Assembly (NCBI GenBank): GCA_044226285.1
Contig: JBGAHI010000006.1
Span: 192,996 to 256,995 of the forward strand
DNA: 64,000 nt
From: Chitinophagales bacterium
GTDB taxonomy: Bacteria; Bacteroidota; Bacteroidia; Chitinophagales; LD1
Reading direction: 5' to 3'
Shown: positions 27,398-36,488 of the stretch, in pieces
How positions within the stretch are numbered: the first letter of the stretch is position 1
Layout of the letters: every line of letters starts with the position of its first letter
Program-made: the position numbers and the translations under genes
The notes under the pieces: model-generated
What the model was told of the DNA's origin: nothing
The model's database searches: none
What the model saw: only the letters and a program-made list of their open reading frames with translations

Positions 27398-29470
27398 ATG
27401 GAGCATAAATTTACCTTTGCGACCGTGAAAAAGAGAGTGATTTTCTGTCTTCTTGTGTCCGTTTTTTCTCTGGCTATCATTCCAGTCTTAGGAAATGAAT
27501 ACCATTCCCTCTTGGATACTACACTCAAATCGACAACAGATACGGTTCAAATTTCGGGCATGAAACAAGAGTTATCCGATATTGTGGTAACCGGTGAATA
27601 TGCTCCTATCTCTTCGAAAAGTGCAGTATATAATGTTACAACCATCTCTAAATCTGAATTACAGGCTAAAGGCGCTACCAATCTTCGTGAAGCATTAGAT
27701 AATAAACTTGGCGTTAACTTATCGCAAGACAATGTTTTCGGCAGTAGCGCCAGCTTAAATGGGATTTCAGGAGAAGGAATAAAAATTCTTGTGAATGGTG
27801 TTCCTATGGTGGGAAGAATTGACGGAAAAATCGACCTTTCTCAAATCAATATGAATAATGTGGAGCGTATTGAAATTGTAAAAGGGCCACTCTCCGTCTT
27901 ATATGGTTCCGATGCCCTTGGGGGTGTGATTAACTTGATTACTAAGAATCAAAAAAACACTTGGAATGTATTCGCAAAAGGCTTTTATGAATCAGTTGGA
28001 CAATATAACGTAAGTGTTGGCGGTGGTGCAACTATTAAAAAAGGCTTTATCAGTTTTGACGCAGGTCGAAATTTCTTCGATGGTTATTCGGTGAGAGATA
28101 CTTCACGACATAAAGAATGGAGACCCAAAGAACAATATTTCGTGAATACTAAATTCGGAATTGCATTGGATCATTTGAAGGTATGGGCAGAGTTATCCTT
28201 CTTCAGAGAGTTAATGATTGATCGTGGAGATCTTCGTCCGTATACAACTTACGCGTTTGATCAGCACTTTACAACCTATAGACCGATGGCTACCCTTGGT
28301 GCATCGTATGTAGGTAAAGATAATCTTCTGCTGGATGTTACTGCAGGCTATTCGGGATTTTTTCGAGCCATCAATAATTATAAAAAGGATTTAGTTACCT
28401 TATCTGAAACGGTTCGCCAAAGCGAAGATCAAGACACTACTATTTATCATCAATTGAATATTAGACCTGTTTTGATGAAGAAATTTATAAAACAGAAAAT
28501 TCAAATTCAAACAGGTTTAGATATTAGTCAGCTTTGGACAGAACAGAATCGAATTCAGGGCAACAAAAAACAAATGGGCGATTATGCCCTCTTTGCTTCT
28601 TTGCAATACTTTGGCATAAAGGGCTTCACCATTCAACCTGCCGGAAGATTGTTGTTCAATTCTCAATTCGGTATTTCTGTGATGCCTTCTGTAAATGCCA
28701 GATTGAAAGCCGGAGAATATGTGACGTTGAGAGCCTCATATGGTATGGGCTATCGAGCACCTTCTTTAAAAGAGCTTTATTTAGACTTTAAAGACAGTAA
28801 TCACGATATTGTTGGAAATCCTAATCTCAAACCTGAAAATTCCCACAATTTCTCGTTGGGGCTTGATTTCAGTACGCTGAAAAAGAATCATGATATTTCG
28901 TTCACAAACCAATTTTCATACAATTCAATGTATAACAAAATTGATTTAGCAGTATCTAACCCAAATACACTTCCGGTAACCTATCAGTATTTCAATATCA
29001 AACGATACAACACAGTAAGTGGCGAACATGAATTGAACTATCGTTTCAAACGTGTGTATGCCGGAGTTGGCGTGATGTATTTACTTTCAAAAGTACAAAC
29101 GGGTACATCCTCTAATGAAATTAAATTATGGAGCCCTGATGCAACTGTTAAGCTAGGTTACAAAATACCGAAGGCTGAAATCAATATCGATGTTTGGTAC
29201 AAATACAATGGAAAAAAACTCCTTTACGCTATCAACAGCAGTATTCAAGCGGGAACAAGAGGCGATTATCACAGTTTAAATATTTCAGCATCAAAATCAT
29301 TTTGGAAAAATAGAATTCAACTGACGGTTGGAGGTAAAAATTTACTTGGCGTTACGAATGTAAATGCGCAGAACGTATCGGCCATAGGACATAGTTTCAG
29401 TGGCAACAGTACACAAGTAAATTGGGGGAGAACCTTTTTTTGTAGCCTAGCTTTTGAATTCAGCAAATAG
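27398..29470 (+). CDS. TonB-dependent outer membrane receptor
   Basis: Plug domain (IVVTGE..., NLREALDNKLGV, GGVINLITK) and a long beta-barrel ending in an aromatic-rich C-terminus. Confidence 0.85.
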   Translation: MEHKFTFATVKKRVIFCLLVSVFSLAIIPVLGNEYHSLLDTTLKSTTDTVQISGMKQELSDIVVTGEYAPISSKSAVYNVTTISKSELQAKGATNLREALDNKLGVNLSQDNVFGSSASLNGISGEGIKILVNGVPMVGRIDGKIDLSQINMNNVERIEIVKGPLSVLYGSDALGGVINLITKNQKNTWNVFAKGFYESVGQYNVSVGGGATIKKGFISFDAGRNFFDGYSVRDTSRHKEWRPKEQYFVNTKFGIALDHLKVWAELSFFRELMIDRGDLRPYTTYAFDQHFTTYRPMATLGASYVGKDNLLLDVTAGYSGFFRAINNYKKDLVTLSETVRQSEDQDTTIYHQLNIRPVLMKKFIKQKIQIQTGLDISQLWTEQNRIQGNKKQMGDYALFASLQYFGIKGFTIQPAGRLLFNSQFGISVMPSVNARLKAGEYVTLRASYGMGYRAPSLKELYLDFKDSNHDIVGNPNLKPENSHNFSLGLDFSTLKKNHDISFTNQFSYNSMYNKIDLAVSNPNTLPVTYQYFNIKRYNTVSGEHELNYRFKRVYAGVGVMYLLSKVQTGTSSNEIKLWSPDATVKLGYKIPKAEINIDVWYKYNGKKLLYAINSSIQAGTRGDYHSLNISASKSFWKNRIQLTVGGKNLLGVTNVNAQNVSAIGHSFSGNSTQVNWGRTFFCSLAFEFSK

Positions 29471-29477
29471 AGATAAC

Positions 29478-30455
29478 ATGAACAAACTAATTATATATTT
29501 TTTCCTTGCACTTGCACTTTCACTTAGCAGTTGCTTTAAAGAAAAACCGATTAAAGCGCCTACAAACAATATTGGCACTCTCTTCACCGCAAATATGGGA
29601 GCCGACTATAGTAAACAACTATATTTCAACGTGCAAAATGGATTGTTTATTGACTCCAACTCTCGCTACGACTATGATTTAGCCTTTGATTGTGATGCCA
29701 ATAAATTTAATATCTGGTTAAACGGAGCTAAACTTATGCAAGCTGCACGTACAGGTAAAACCAGTATGAATGAGGTGAAACCAGAAGATACACTTTCATT
29801 GGAATGGCATGTTGAATTTGGCTATGGCTTAGCCGATTCCAATGCTATAGGCAAATGGGGCAACTATCCGCAATCCGACAAAAAAGTGTATGTATTGAAT
29901 TTAGGAACAGATGAATCGGGCAATGGATTTGGGTATAAGAAAATGCAAGTTGGCGATTTTAACGGAGGCTATCAAATTACATTTGCCAACTTAGATGGCA
30001 GTGAAGAGTCGAGTGCGTTTATTCCCAAAAATAGTGATGTAAATTTCACATACTATTCTTTTTCTTCCAAGAGCATTAACAACCTTGAACCGGCAAAAGA
30101 CATATGGGACTTACAATTTACAGAGTATAGCACTTATTTTTACAAAGAAAAACTTCCATACAAAGTTACCGGTGTACTTACTAATCCTTATAAAACGAAT
30201 GCCTATTTAATGGACTCTACTTCTGATTTTACAACAATAAAATTGGCGAACGTGGATAACTCCAAATTCAATGAAAAGCGCGATGGCATTGGTTATGAGT
30301 GGAAACAGTATGAATTTGGAAGTTATATGGTTAAAACCGGATATAACTACATTATCAAATCAGATGAAAAATATTTCAAACTACGTATGCTCGATTTTTA
30401 CGATAGCAATGGAAATAAAGGTTTTCCTAAGTTTGAGTATGAGGAGTTGAAATAA
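29478..30455 (+). CDS. HmuY-like lipoprotein
   Basis: Lipobox LSLSSC. YDLAFD and WDLQFTEY motifs recall the HmuY family. Immediately downstream of the TonB-dependent receptor. Confidence 0.55.
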   Translation: MNKLIIYFFLALALSLSSCFKEKPIKAPTNNIGTLFTANMGADYSKQLYFNVQNGLFIDSNSRYDYDLAFDCDANKFNIWLNGAKLMQAARTGKTSMNEVKPEDTLSLEWHVEFGYGLADSNAIGKWGNYPQSDKKVYVLNLGTDESGNGFGYKKMQVGDFNGGYQITFANLDGSEESSAFIPKNSDVNFTYYSFSSKSINNLEPAKDIWDLQFTEYSTYFYKEKLPYKVTGVLTNPYKTNAYLMDSTSDFTTIKLANVDNSKFNEKRDGIGYEWKQYEFGSYMVKTGYNYIIKSDEKYFKLRMLDFYDSNGNKGFPKFEYEELK

Positions 30456-30456
30456 A

Positions 30457-31947
30457 TTATTTCAATTTAGCCTTTACCTGTTCTACTAATTCTGGTACAA
30501 CATTTAGTGTAATCACTAATCCTCCGAAACAAGCCAGTATTGCTGTTGAGCGAATAATTATATTTGCAATGGGGTGAAACGCTTCAGGAATAAGAGAACA
30601 TGCAAAAAAAGTAAAAACAATTACTCCTGCAACTTTTAGCGTATTCCATGAAAAAGGTTGGATTTTAAAGAACTTCCAAATCAGGAAATACTTAGAAATA
30701 TTAAATAACAAGGCAGAAAACGCTGTGGCCAAAGCAGCACCTTCCATTCCAAAAATCGGAATAAAAATAAGATAGTTCACCATAGCTACTACAAAAAGAC
30801 CAAGAAGCAAGTAGGTCATAAAGTGATACTTATTCGAAGTGTATAAAATGGAGTCGTTACTTCCGGTAGCCATATTTATAAGGGTTCCAAGACTAATAAT
30901 AAGTACAATGTTTTTACCAAGCGAATAGTCTTTATCCGGCATTAACGCAAACAATGAAGACAAATTAAGATTCACCAGAAGAAATAGTAAACCACCGGCC
31001 AAGAAAAGATACTTTGCAGATTTCAAATAAATATCTTCTACATTTTTCATATCGTTTTTGGCGATACTATTGGCTATTTGCGGGAGTACGATTTTTTCCA
31101 ATGCATTGAAAGGAGCTTCAACAATAGTGGCTACAAAGGCGGCAATGGAGTATATACCAATAATATCTAGGGCATTCAATCCTTCTTGCTTAGGTTTATA
31201 CATTCCTAACATGACCGTATCCAAATACTTCAATCCGAGTGAAGACAAAGACGCAACACTCATGATTAACCCGTAATTCAACATTTCACGGATGTTCTGC
31301 TGTTGAAGAAAGTTGCGATCGACATTGAGTTTTGGATTATCGCGCCAAAACAAATACACGATCAATGAAAGGAATTGCATCCCGTAAATTCCAACAAAAA
31401 GCGTAACGAACTGATGGAGTGTAATCCATTTTATGAAGTATAAAGTGAATAACAGAATCGACACCACTCGAACCAGCACATCATTGATTAGAGCAGGAAA
31501 TGAAGTGCGGAAAATAGAATATGAATAGGCGATAAGTACATTGATAAATGACAAAAAGAAACTCAGTGGAAAGATATAGTAGAAATAATCGGTGAACAGC
31601 TTAGATTGGTCAATGTATTTTGAAATGATGTAACCCTTCATTAGAAACAGAATGGAGCCAAAAAGCAGAAAACCAATAAAAGGGAGTACCAACATGAGTC
31701 CGAAAAAGCCATAATGCCCTTTTTCATGATTTCGGAAGTGTGGGAAAAATTTTAAGGTAATCACATTCATTCCCAACGGCATAAAGGTGGCAATCAACGA
31801 AGAAAACGAGAAGAGCACGCGGGTTAGGCCAATTTCTTCTTTACTTAAAAAGTGCGGTTGAATAAATAAAAGACTAATAGCCCCCAACAAAAGTCCGGTG
31901 TAACTTATCACACTATTTATCAAACCTTGCCTTTGAATTATTCCCAT
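30457..31947 (-). CDS. Oligosaccharide/polysaccharide flippase (Wzx/MOP superfamily)
   Basis: 496 aa with about 14 TM helices, adjacent to glycosyltransferase genes. Confidence 0.7.
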   Translation of the reverse strand: MGIIQRQGLINSVISYTGLLLGAISLLFIQPHFLSKEEIGLTRVLFSFSSLIATFMPLGMNVITLKFFPHFRNHEKGHYGFFGLMLVLPFIGFLLFGSILFLMKGYIISKYIDQSKLFTDYFYYIFPLSFFLSFINVLIAYSYSIFRTSFPALINDVLVRVVSILLFTLYFIKWITLHQFVTLFVGIYGMQFLSLIVYLFWRDNPKLNVDRNFLQQQNIREMLNYGLIMSVASLSSLGLKYLDTVMLGMYKPKQEGLNALDIIGIYSIAAFVATIVEAPFNALEKIVLPQIANSIAKNDMKNVEDIYLKSAKYLFLAGGLLFLLVNLNLSSLFALMPDKDYSLGKNIVLIISLGTLINMATGSNDSILYTSNKYHFMTYLLLGLFVVAMVNYLIFIPIFGMEGAALATAFSALLFNISKYFLIWKFFKIQPFSWNTLKVAGVIVFTFFACSLIPEAFHPIANIIIRSTAILACFGGLVITLNVVPELVEQVKAKLK

Positions 31948-32166
31948 AGGTGCTACAATAATGAATTATTTCGCTTTAAAAGTACTTTTTTAAAAAATAA
32001 TATTTGTTTATTTACGACTTTATGAAATGACAAATGAGGGGCAAAGCAAAGCGAGTGTTCATTCACAGCTTGTTTTTTATAAAGGAGTTTCTTCGGTTGA
32101 CAAGTCGCCAAATAAACCACAGTTTCAGATAACTACTTTGCTCCAAATGTAAAACGAAACGTAAAA

Positions 32167-32985
32167 ATGAGCAGAAAAAGCGAAGCAATCAAAAACTTTA
32201 TTCCGGTTGCATTAAAACATTATAAGCAGTTATTAAAAAGTTTGATGGCCTTTACAGAGGATAATATGGCACAAGATATTGTGAACAGTTATACTAATGG
32301 TAAAGGACTGCCCTACGTAGACCTATTAGAAGTTGTTCCAGGATTTAATGAAACCGTTACCGACTTTACCTTCCTTTCATATACTTCTCGTGTAACAGAT
32401 ATTGGCTTTATTAAAGCGATTGCCAAATCTTTCGATAAATGTGATTACCTAGAAATTGGTTGCTTCAGAGGAGAGAGTTTGGTAAACATTCTACCGAACA
32501 CCAATTCCACAGTAAGTCTCAGCCTCTCAAAGAAAGAAATGCGAGAGATAAACTTACCAGAATATTTGATGGAACCGGAATCAATCCTCGTTAAGCCAAA
32601 CGAGAAATTGACCCAAATTTATCACAACTCCCTCACCTTCGACTTTGCTTCTTTGAACAAAAAATTCGATTTGATTTTTATCGATGGTGATCATTCAACA
32701 CATGCCGTTAAAATAGACACTGCTAATGCGTTCAAGTTGTTGAAAGACGAAAATTCTATTATTATTTGGCACGACTTCGGCAACAACTATTCTGAACAAA
32801 GAAGTGATGTAATTGCAGGAGCATTGATGGGCGCTCCGAAAGAAGCTCATCCGTTTATTTACAGAGTAACTAATACCCTTTGTGGTATTTACACTAAACG
32901 ATCGCTAAAAACAATGGCTCCAGATGCTAATTTAGTAATGCCAACGAAGTTGTTCGATGTTACTGTTGCATCAAAAAAAATATAA
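32167..32985 (+). CDS. Class I SAM-dependent methyltransferase (Methyltransf_24-like)
   Basis: YLEIGCFRGES (motif I variant) and DLIFIDGDHSTHAVKIDT motifs. Confidence 0.6.
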   Translation: MSRKSEAIKNFIPVALKHYKQLLKSLMAFTEDNMAQDIVNSYTNGKGLPYVDLLEVVPGFNETVTDFTFLSYTSRVTDIGFIKAIAKSFDKCDYLEIGCFRGESLVNILPNTNSTVSLSLSKKEMREINLPEYLMEPESILVKPNEKLTQIYHNSLTFDFASLNKKFDLIFIDGDHSTHAVKIDTANAFKLLKDENSIIIWHDFGNNYSEQRSDVIAGALMGAPKEAHPFIYRVTNTLCGIYTKRSLKTMAPDANLVMPTKLFDVTVASKKI

Positions 32986-32998
32986 CGATTAGTTCGTA

Positions 32999-34060
32999 AT
33001 GAGTGTTTCGCAAAAGAAAATCTATTATACCTACATTCACAATTCATCGTTTGTTAGAGTAGATAAGCGAATATTTGAGGAGCAATTTACTTTGATTAAA
33101 TGCTTTGAGTTTAATGGTGGAGGAAATTCAGTTATTGTCAGTTTCTTTAAAAGTACGATTGACGCATTAATCAATGTACCTAGAGCAGATATTGTCTATT
33201 CCTTTTTTGTAGGCTATCACACACTATTTCCTTTCTTGTTGGCTAAACTGCTTGGCAAAAAAGTAGTATGTGCATTGGGAGGAACAGAATGTCATTACTT
33301 TCCTGAAATCAACTACGGAAATTATCGTAAATCTGTTTATGCATTCTTTACACGAAGGAGTTTGGAGCTTGCCGATTTAATTTTACCCGTAGATGAAACA
33401 TTAATTGATTATCATCTTACCTACATAGATGCCGTTTACCCACACCAAGGTATCATTCCTTTCAACAAGAAACTAAACGGCATAATTGAGGCCTTAAATT
33501 GCGGTTTTGAATATAATCTACCGGAATCAGCGATCATTGAGGCTAAAAGAACGAAGAACAGTTTTATTACAGCTTCTGTTGACTTATCAGGTTTTGATTA
33601 CTTCCGCAAGGGAATAGATATGATTATTGCAGTTGCTCCGCACTTACCCGATGCTACCTTTACTTTGGTAGGTGATAATTACGATTATACTACTCCCCTT
33701 CCTGATAATGTAAAAATTGTTGGCCGATTAAGTCAGCAAGAATTGTATAATGCTTTTTTGAGTCACGAATTTTATTTGCAATTGTCCATTGCAGAAGGCT
33801 TTCCTAATGCGTTAGCAGAATCTATGTTATATGGTTGTATTCCAATTGGTTCTAATGCCTTCGGAATTCCTGGAATTATGGATAACAAAGGTTATGTTTT
33901 AGCAAAAAAAGATATGCAAAACGCAATTGATCTACTCAGAACCGCAATGAATTCTTCTGAAAAAGAAAATCAATCATTAGAGGCACATAAGAGCATTAAA
34001 ACTAGATTTACTTTTGAAAAGCGAGCTGCTCGTCTCAAAACACTTTTAAATACTTTATGA
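32999..34060 (+). CDS. Glycosyltransferase family 4 (GT-B, retaining)
   Basis: C-terminal EGFPNALAESMLYGCIPIGSNAFGIPGIM (E-x7-E motif). Confidence 0.8.
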   Translation: MSVSQKKIYYTYIHNSSFVRVDKRIFEEQFTLIKCFEFNGGGNSVIVSFFKSTIDALINVPRADIVYSFFVGYHTLFPFLLAKLLGKKVVCALGGTECHYFPEINYGNYRKSVYAFFTRRSLELADLILPVDETLIDYHLTYIDAVYPHQGIIPFNKKLNGIIEALNCGFEYNLPESAIIEAKRTKNSFITASVDLSGFDYFRKGIDMIIAVAPHLPDATFTLVGDNYDYTTPLPDNVKIVGRLSQQELYNAFLSHEFYLQLSIAEGFPNALAESMLYGCIPIGSNAFGIPGIMDNKGYVLAKKDMQNAIDLLRTAMNSSEKENQSLEAHKSIKTRFTFEKRAARLKTLLNTL

Positions 34061-34749
34061 TAACCGGCAGTGGACTTATTGCAAATGCGCTACAAGAATC
34101 ATTTCAAAACGATGATTCGGTGCTTGTTTTTGCAAGAGGAGTATCCAATTCAACTTGTACGGATGACACAGCTTATTCAAAAGAATTTGAAATGATTAAT
34201 TCTTCTGCACAAAAAGAAGCCAATAAAATATTTGTATATTTTAGTACAACTAGTGTATTTGATACTGAAAAACAGCATACAAAATACGTACAAGAAAAGC
34301 TAAAATTTGAACAAGCCATAGCAAGCTTATTTTCCAAAAGTATAGTTATTCGTCTTCCTATTATTGTTGGAAGAAACAACAATGAAAACCAGTTAGTTGG
34401 CTATCTCTTAAAGGCAATTAAAAACAACCAATTCATTCGTGTGCATAAATATGCCAGCCGTTATTTAATTGACGTTGCCGACATTTCCGTGATAGTGAAA
34501 CGAGTAATCGAATTCTATAAAGCCAGTAAGCAAAATGGAAACCTAACTATAGACATCTGTGGTGATCAGCCCATTCCAATAACGAGTATTATTTCTATGC
34601 TGTCTAAAGCAACAAAAACAGAAGCCAAAATCGTTATGGAAGAAAGTGGAACAACCTATTTTGTCGACAACTCAGCGATTAAAGCAATTGTGGAAAATCA
34701 GATATTAAACAAGGATTTTCAGAAAGTATTTAATGATTACTTCCAATAA
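34057..34749 (+). CDS. Short NAD(P)-binding SDR/epimerase-like protein
   Basis: N-terminal ITGSGLIANAL Rossmann-like start. Only 230 aa. ATGA overlap with the GT4 gene. Confidence 0.45.
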   Translation: MITGSGLIANALQESFQNDDSVLVFARGVSNSTCTDDTAYSKEFEMINSSAQKEANKIFVYFSTTSVFDTEKQHTKYVQEKLKFEQAIASLFSKSIVIRLPIIVGRNNNENQLVGYLLKAIKNNQFIRVHKYASRYLIDVADISVIVKRVIEFYKASKQNGNLTIDICGDQPIPITSIISMLSKATKTEAKIVMEESGTTYFVDNSAIKAIVENQILNKDFQKVFNDYFQ

Positions 34750-34755
34750 TTCGAA

Positions 34756-35208
34756 TTATCGGGGAATACATCCTCCTTTCCGTTTACTCTCAATGCAAAG
34801 CATATCAGAAGCATTACAATTAGATACATTCCCATTACAATCGAATTGAATTTGATCAAACATAATGATTGCTGCATCAACGCGAGATTCTGAATTATCA
34901 ATAATAAACTCTACATCTCTAAAAGCAGAATTGAATTTCACATAATAACCTGTCGTTCCATTAATGATATAAAACATCCTATTCTCTCCTTCACTCACCA
35001 CAGTGTAGGTATCAGAATGATTATCTTTATAATAAACCTGTGCAATTGAATCCGAAATACAAAAATCGTGTACCGTATTCAAATACATACGTATACTATC
35101 TGCTTCTTTTGAATGTTCCTTAATTTTAAATTGAACAATTTTTGATGTTCCGGCAATACTACAATACACAGAACAAAAGATACAAATAATAGAAAGATAA
35201 TACTTCAT
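34756..35208 (-). CDS. Secreted hypothetical protein
   Basis: Signal peptide MKYYLSIICIFCSVYCSIAG (ATG 35208). Cys-rich C-terminus. Confidence 0.45.
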   Translation of the reverse strand: MKYYLSIICIFCSVYCSIAGTSKIVQFKIKEHSKEADSIRMYLNTVHDFCISDSIAQVYYKDNHSDTYTVVSEGENRMFYIINGTTGYYVKFNSAFRDVEFIIDNSESRVDAAIIMFDQIQFDCNGNVSNCNASDMLCIESKRKGGCIPR

Positions 35209-35285
35209 CAGGGGTCGTTTATACAATAATCAGGACTAGACAATTCTCGATTGCAATATAGCCTATCTGCTATGAAAATGTCAAG

Positions 35286-35381
35286 CGTATTTATACGGAA
35301 TTTTTACGTATTTATACGGATAGCGTAAAAGGTATTTTTACCTAGTTTTACGTAGAAATACTGAACCAAGATTTATACAGA
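35286..35381. promoter_or_regulatory. Cluster of direct and inverted repeats (candidate operator) upstream of the four-gene signalling module
   Basis: Exact 14-mer CGTATTTATACGGA at 35286-35299 and 35307-35320 (21-bp phasing), with a partial copy ATTTATACA at 35371-35379. TTTTACGTA at 35302-35310 and 35346-35354. Inverted CGTAAAA at 35324-35330. GGTA-TTTT-TACC at 35331-35342. Confidence 0.5.
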
Positions 35382-35509
35382 TCATTACATTTTGCTAATT
35401 TTCAACTTATTACAAATACAAAACACGAATTACTAACCTTTTTGCATCTTTTTACTAGCATTTAACGTAACTTCAAAAAACATTTATTTAACCTCAAAAT
35501 TATTAAAAC

Positions 35510-35833
35510 ATGGATGTATTATCAGTAAATGACGGAGATTTCGTAACACTAAGTGAAGGGGCCGCTTACACAGCTGCATATAGAGATCAATTCCCTAGTA
35601 TGGATGGTGTTATTAAGGGTCTCTTTGTTGGAAGAAATAAGATTAACTCTTTACTCAATCAAGAAAATGTTGTAGGATTAAGAATTTACTTCGGGTTAAA
35701 TGAAGAAGGGGTGCCAAATCTTGTAATCGTAGGCGCTAAAGCTACCGGTGACGATGTTACAAGTTTAATTGTAGAAAAATTAAGACCTTGTCCACCTACA
35801 TGTGGCAATTCGAATAGTTTAAATGGAAATTAG
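35510..35833 (+). CDS. Unknown 107-aa cytoplasmic protein with Cys-containing C-terminal tail
   Basis: No signal peptide. Ends RPCPPTCGNSNSLNGN. Its last codons overlap the next gene's ATG (ATGGAAATTAG). Confidence 0.55.
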   Translation: MDVLSVNDGDFVTLSEGAAYTAAYRDQFPSMDGVIKGLFVGRNKINSLLNQENVVGLRIYFGLNEEGVPNLVIVGAKATGDDVTSLIVEKLRPCPPTCGNSNSLNGN

Positions 35834-36488
35834 CACTTCGTTTCTTTTTCTTCAAACTGCTACTTTTGCAAGTTTAATTTTATTAATAGTCTCTGTGATT
35901 AAATTCAATGTTATTCGCAGAGACTATTATTATTTCTTTGGATTTATTTTTTTAATCTTAATAGCAACAATTGGAGACTATGTTTTACGTCCAAAGTTTA
36001 TTCCGCAAAACAACAATATACTCTACAATATTTATACAATGCTTGAGCTTCCATTTTGTGTGTATATATTAAACGAGCTACACTACAAGAAACTTCAAAA
36101 AAAAGTGTTAATTGTTTTAGGAATATTTTTTTATTCGATAGTACTTTTTGAAGTATTTAAAACAGGGATAGTTGTATCATTTTACTTAACAAACTATATA
36201 GCTTCCTTTTTTGAGATTTTGATTTGTATGTATACTTTATATGACTTACTTGAAACACCAAGCGAATCTCTTATATATATGTCTGTTTCATTTTGGTTTT
36301 CATTAGGCTTCTTATTATACAATGCTGGAACAACCTTCCTTTTTCTTCTTCTTGACAAACTTTATATTTTAGATCAAACATTAGCCTCATTAGCCTTTAA
36401 CCTTTTAAATTCAATTTTCTCTATTCTTTTTTATATTTTTCTTGCCATAAGTATCTTATGCTTGAAACCAAAGACTCTCTCCTCTTAA
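35823..36488 (+). CDS. Orphan ~7-TM integral membrane protein
   Basis: 221 aa made up almost entirely of about seven hydrophobic helices. Overlaps both neighbours. Confidence 0.6.
   Translation: MEISTSFLFLQTATFASLILLIVSVIKFNVIRRDYYYFFGFIFLILIATIGDYVLRPKFIPQNNNILYNIYTMLELPFCVYILNELHYKKLQKKVLIVLGIFFYSIVLFEVFKTGIVVSFYLTNYIASFFEILICMYTLYDLLETPSESLIYMSVSFWFSLGFLLYNAGTTFLFLLLDKLYILDQTLASLAFNLLNSIFSILFYIFLAISILCLKPKTLSS

Noticed and set aside
29454-29477. 17-nt overlap between the TonB-dependent receptor and the HmuY-like ORF suggested by the ORF track
   Set aside because: The lipoprotein signal begins at the internal ATG at 29478 (MNKLIIYFFLALALSLSSC). With that start the genes are separated by 7 nt.
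31976-31990. Short palindrome AAAAGTACTTTT in the flippase/methyltransferase divergent intergenic region as a regulatory site
   Set aside because: It is a single AT-rich palindrome in AT-rich DNA with no second copy seen, which is not enough to distinguish it from chance.
27214-35208. tRNA-Arg as the integration site of a genomic island covering the TBDR/HmuY-like genes and the glycan cluster
   Set aside because: No integrase, transposase or phage gene follows the tRNA. By eye I found no downstream direct repeat of the tRNA 3' end (TTCGACTCCCTTCAAGATCA). A computational repeat search would be needed to be certain.
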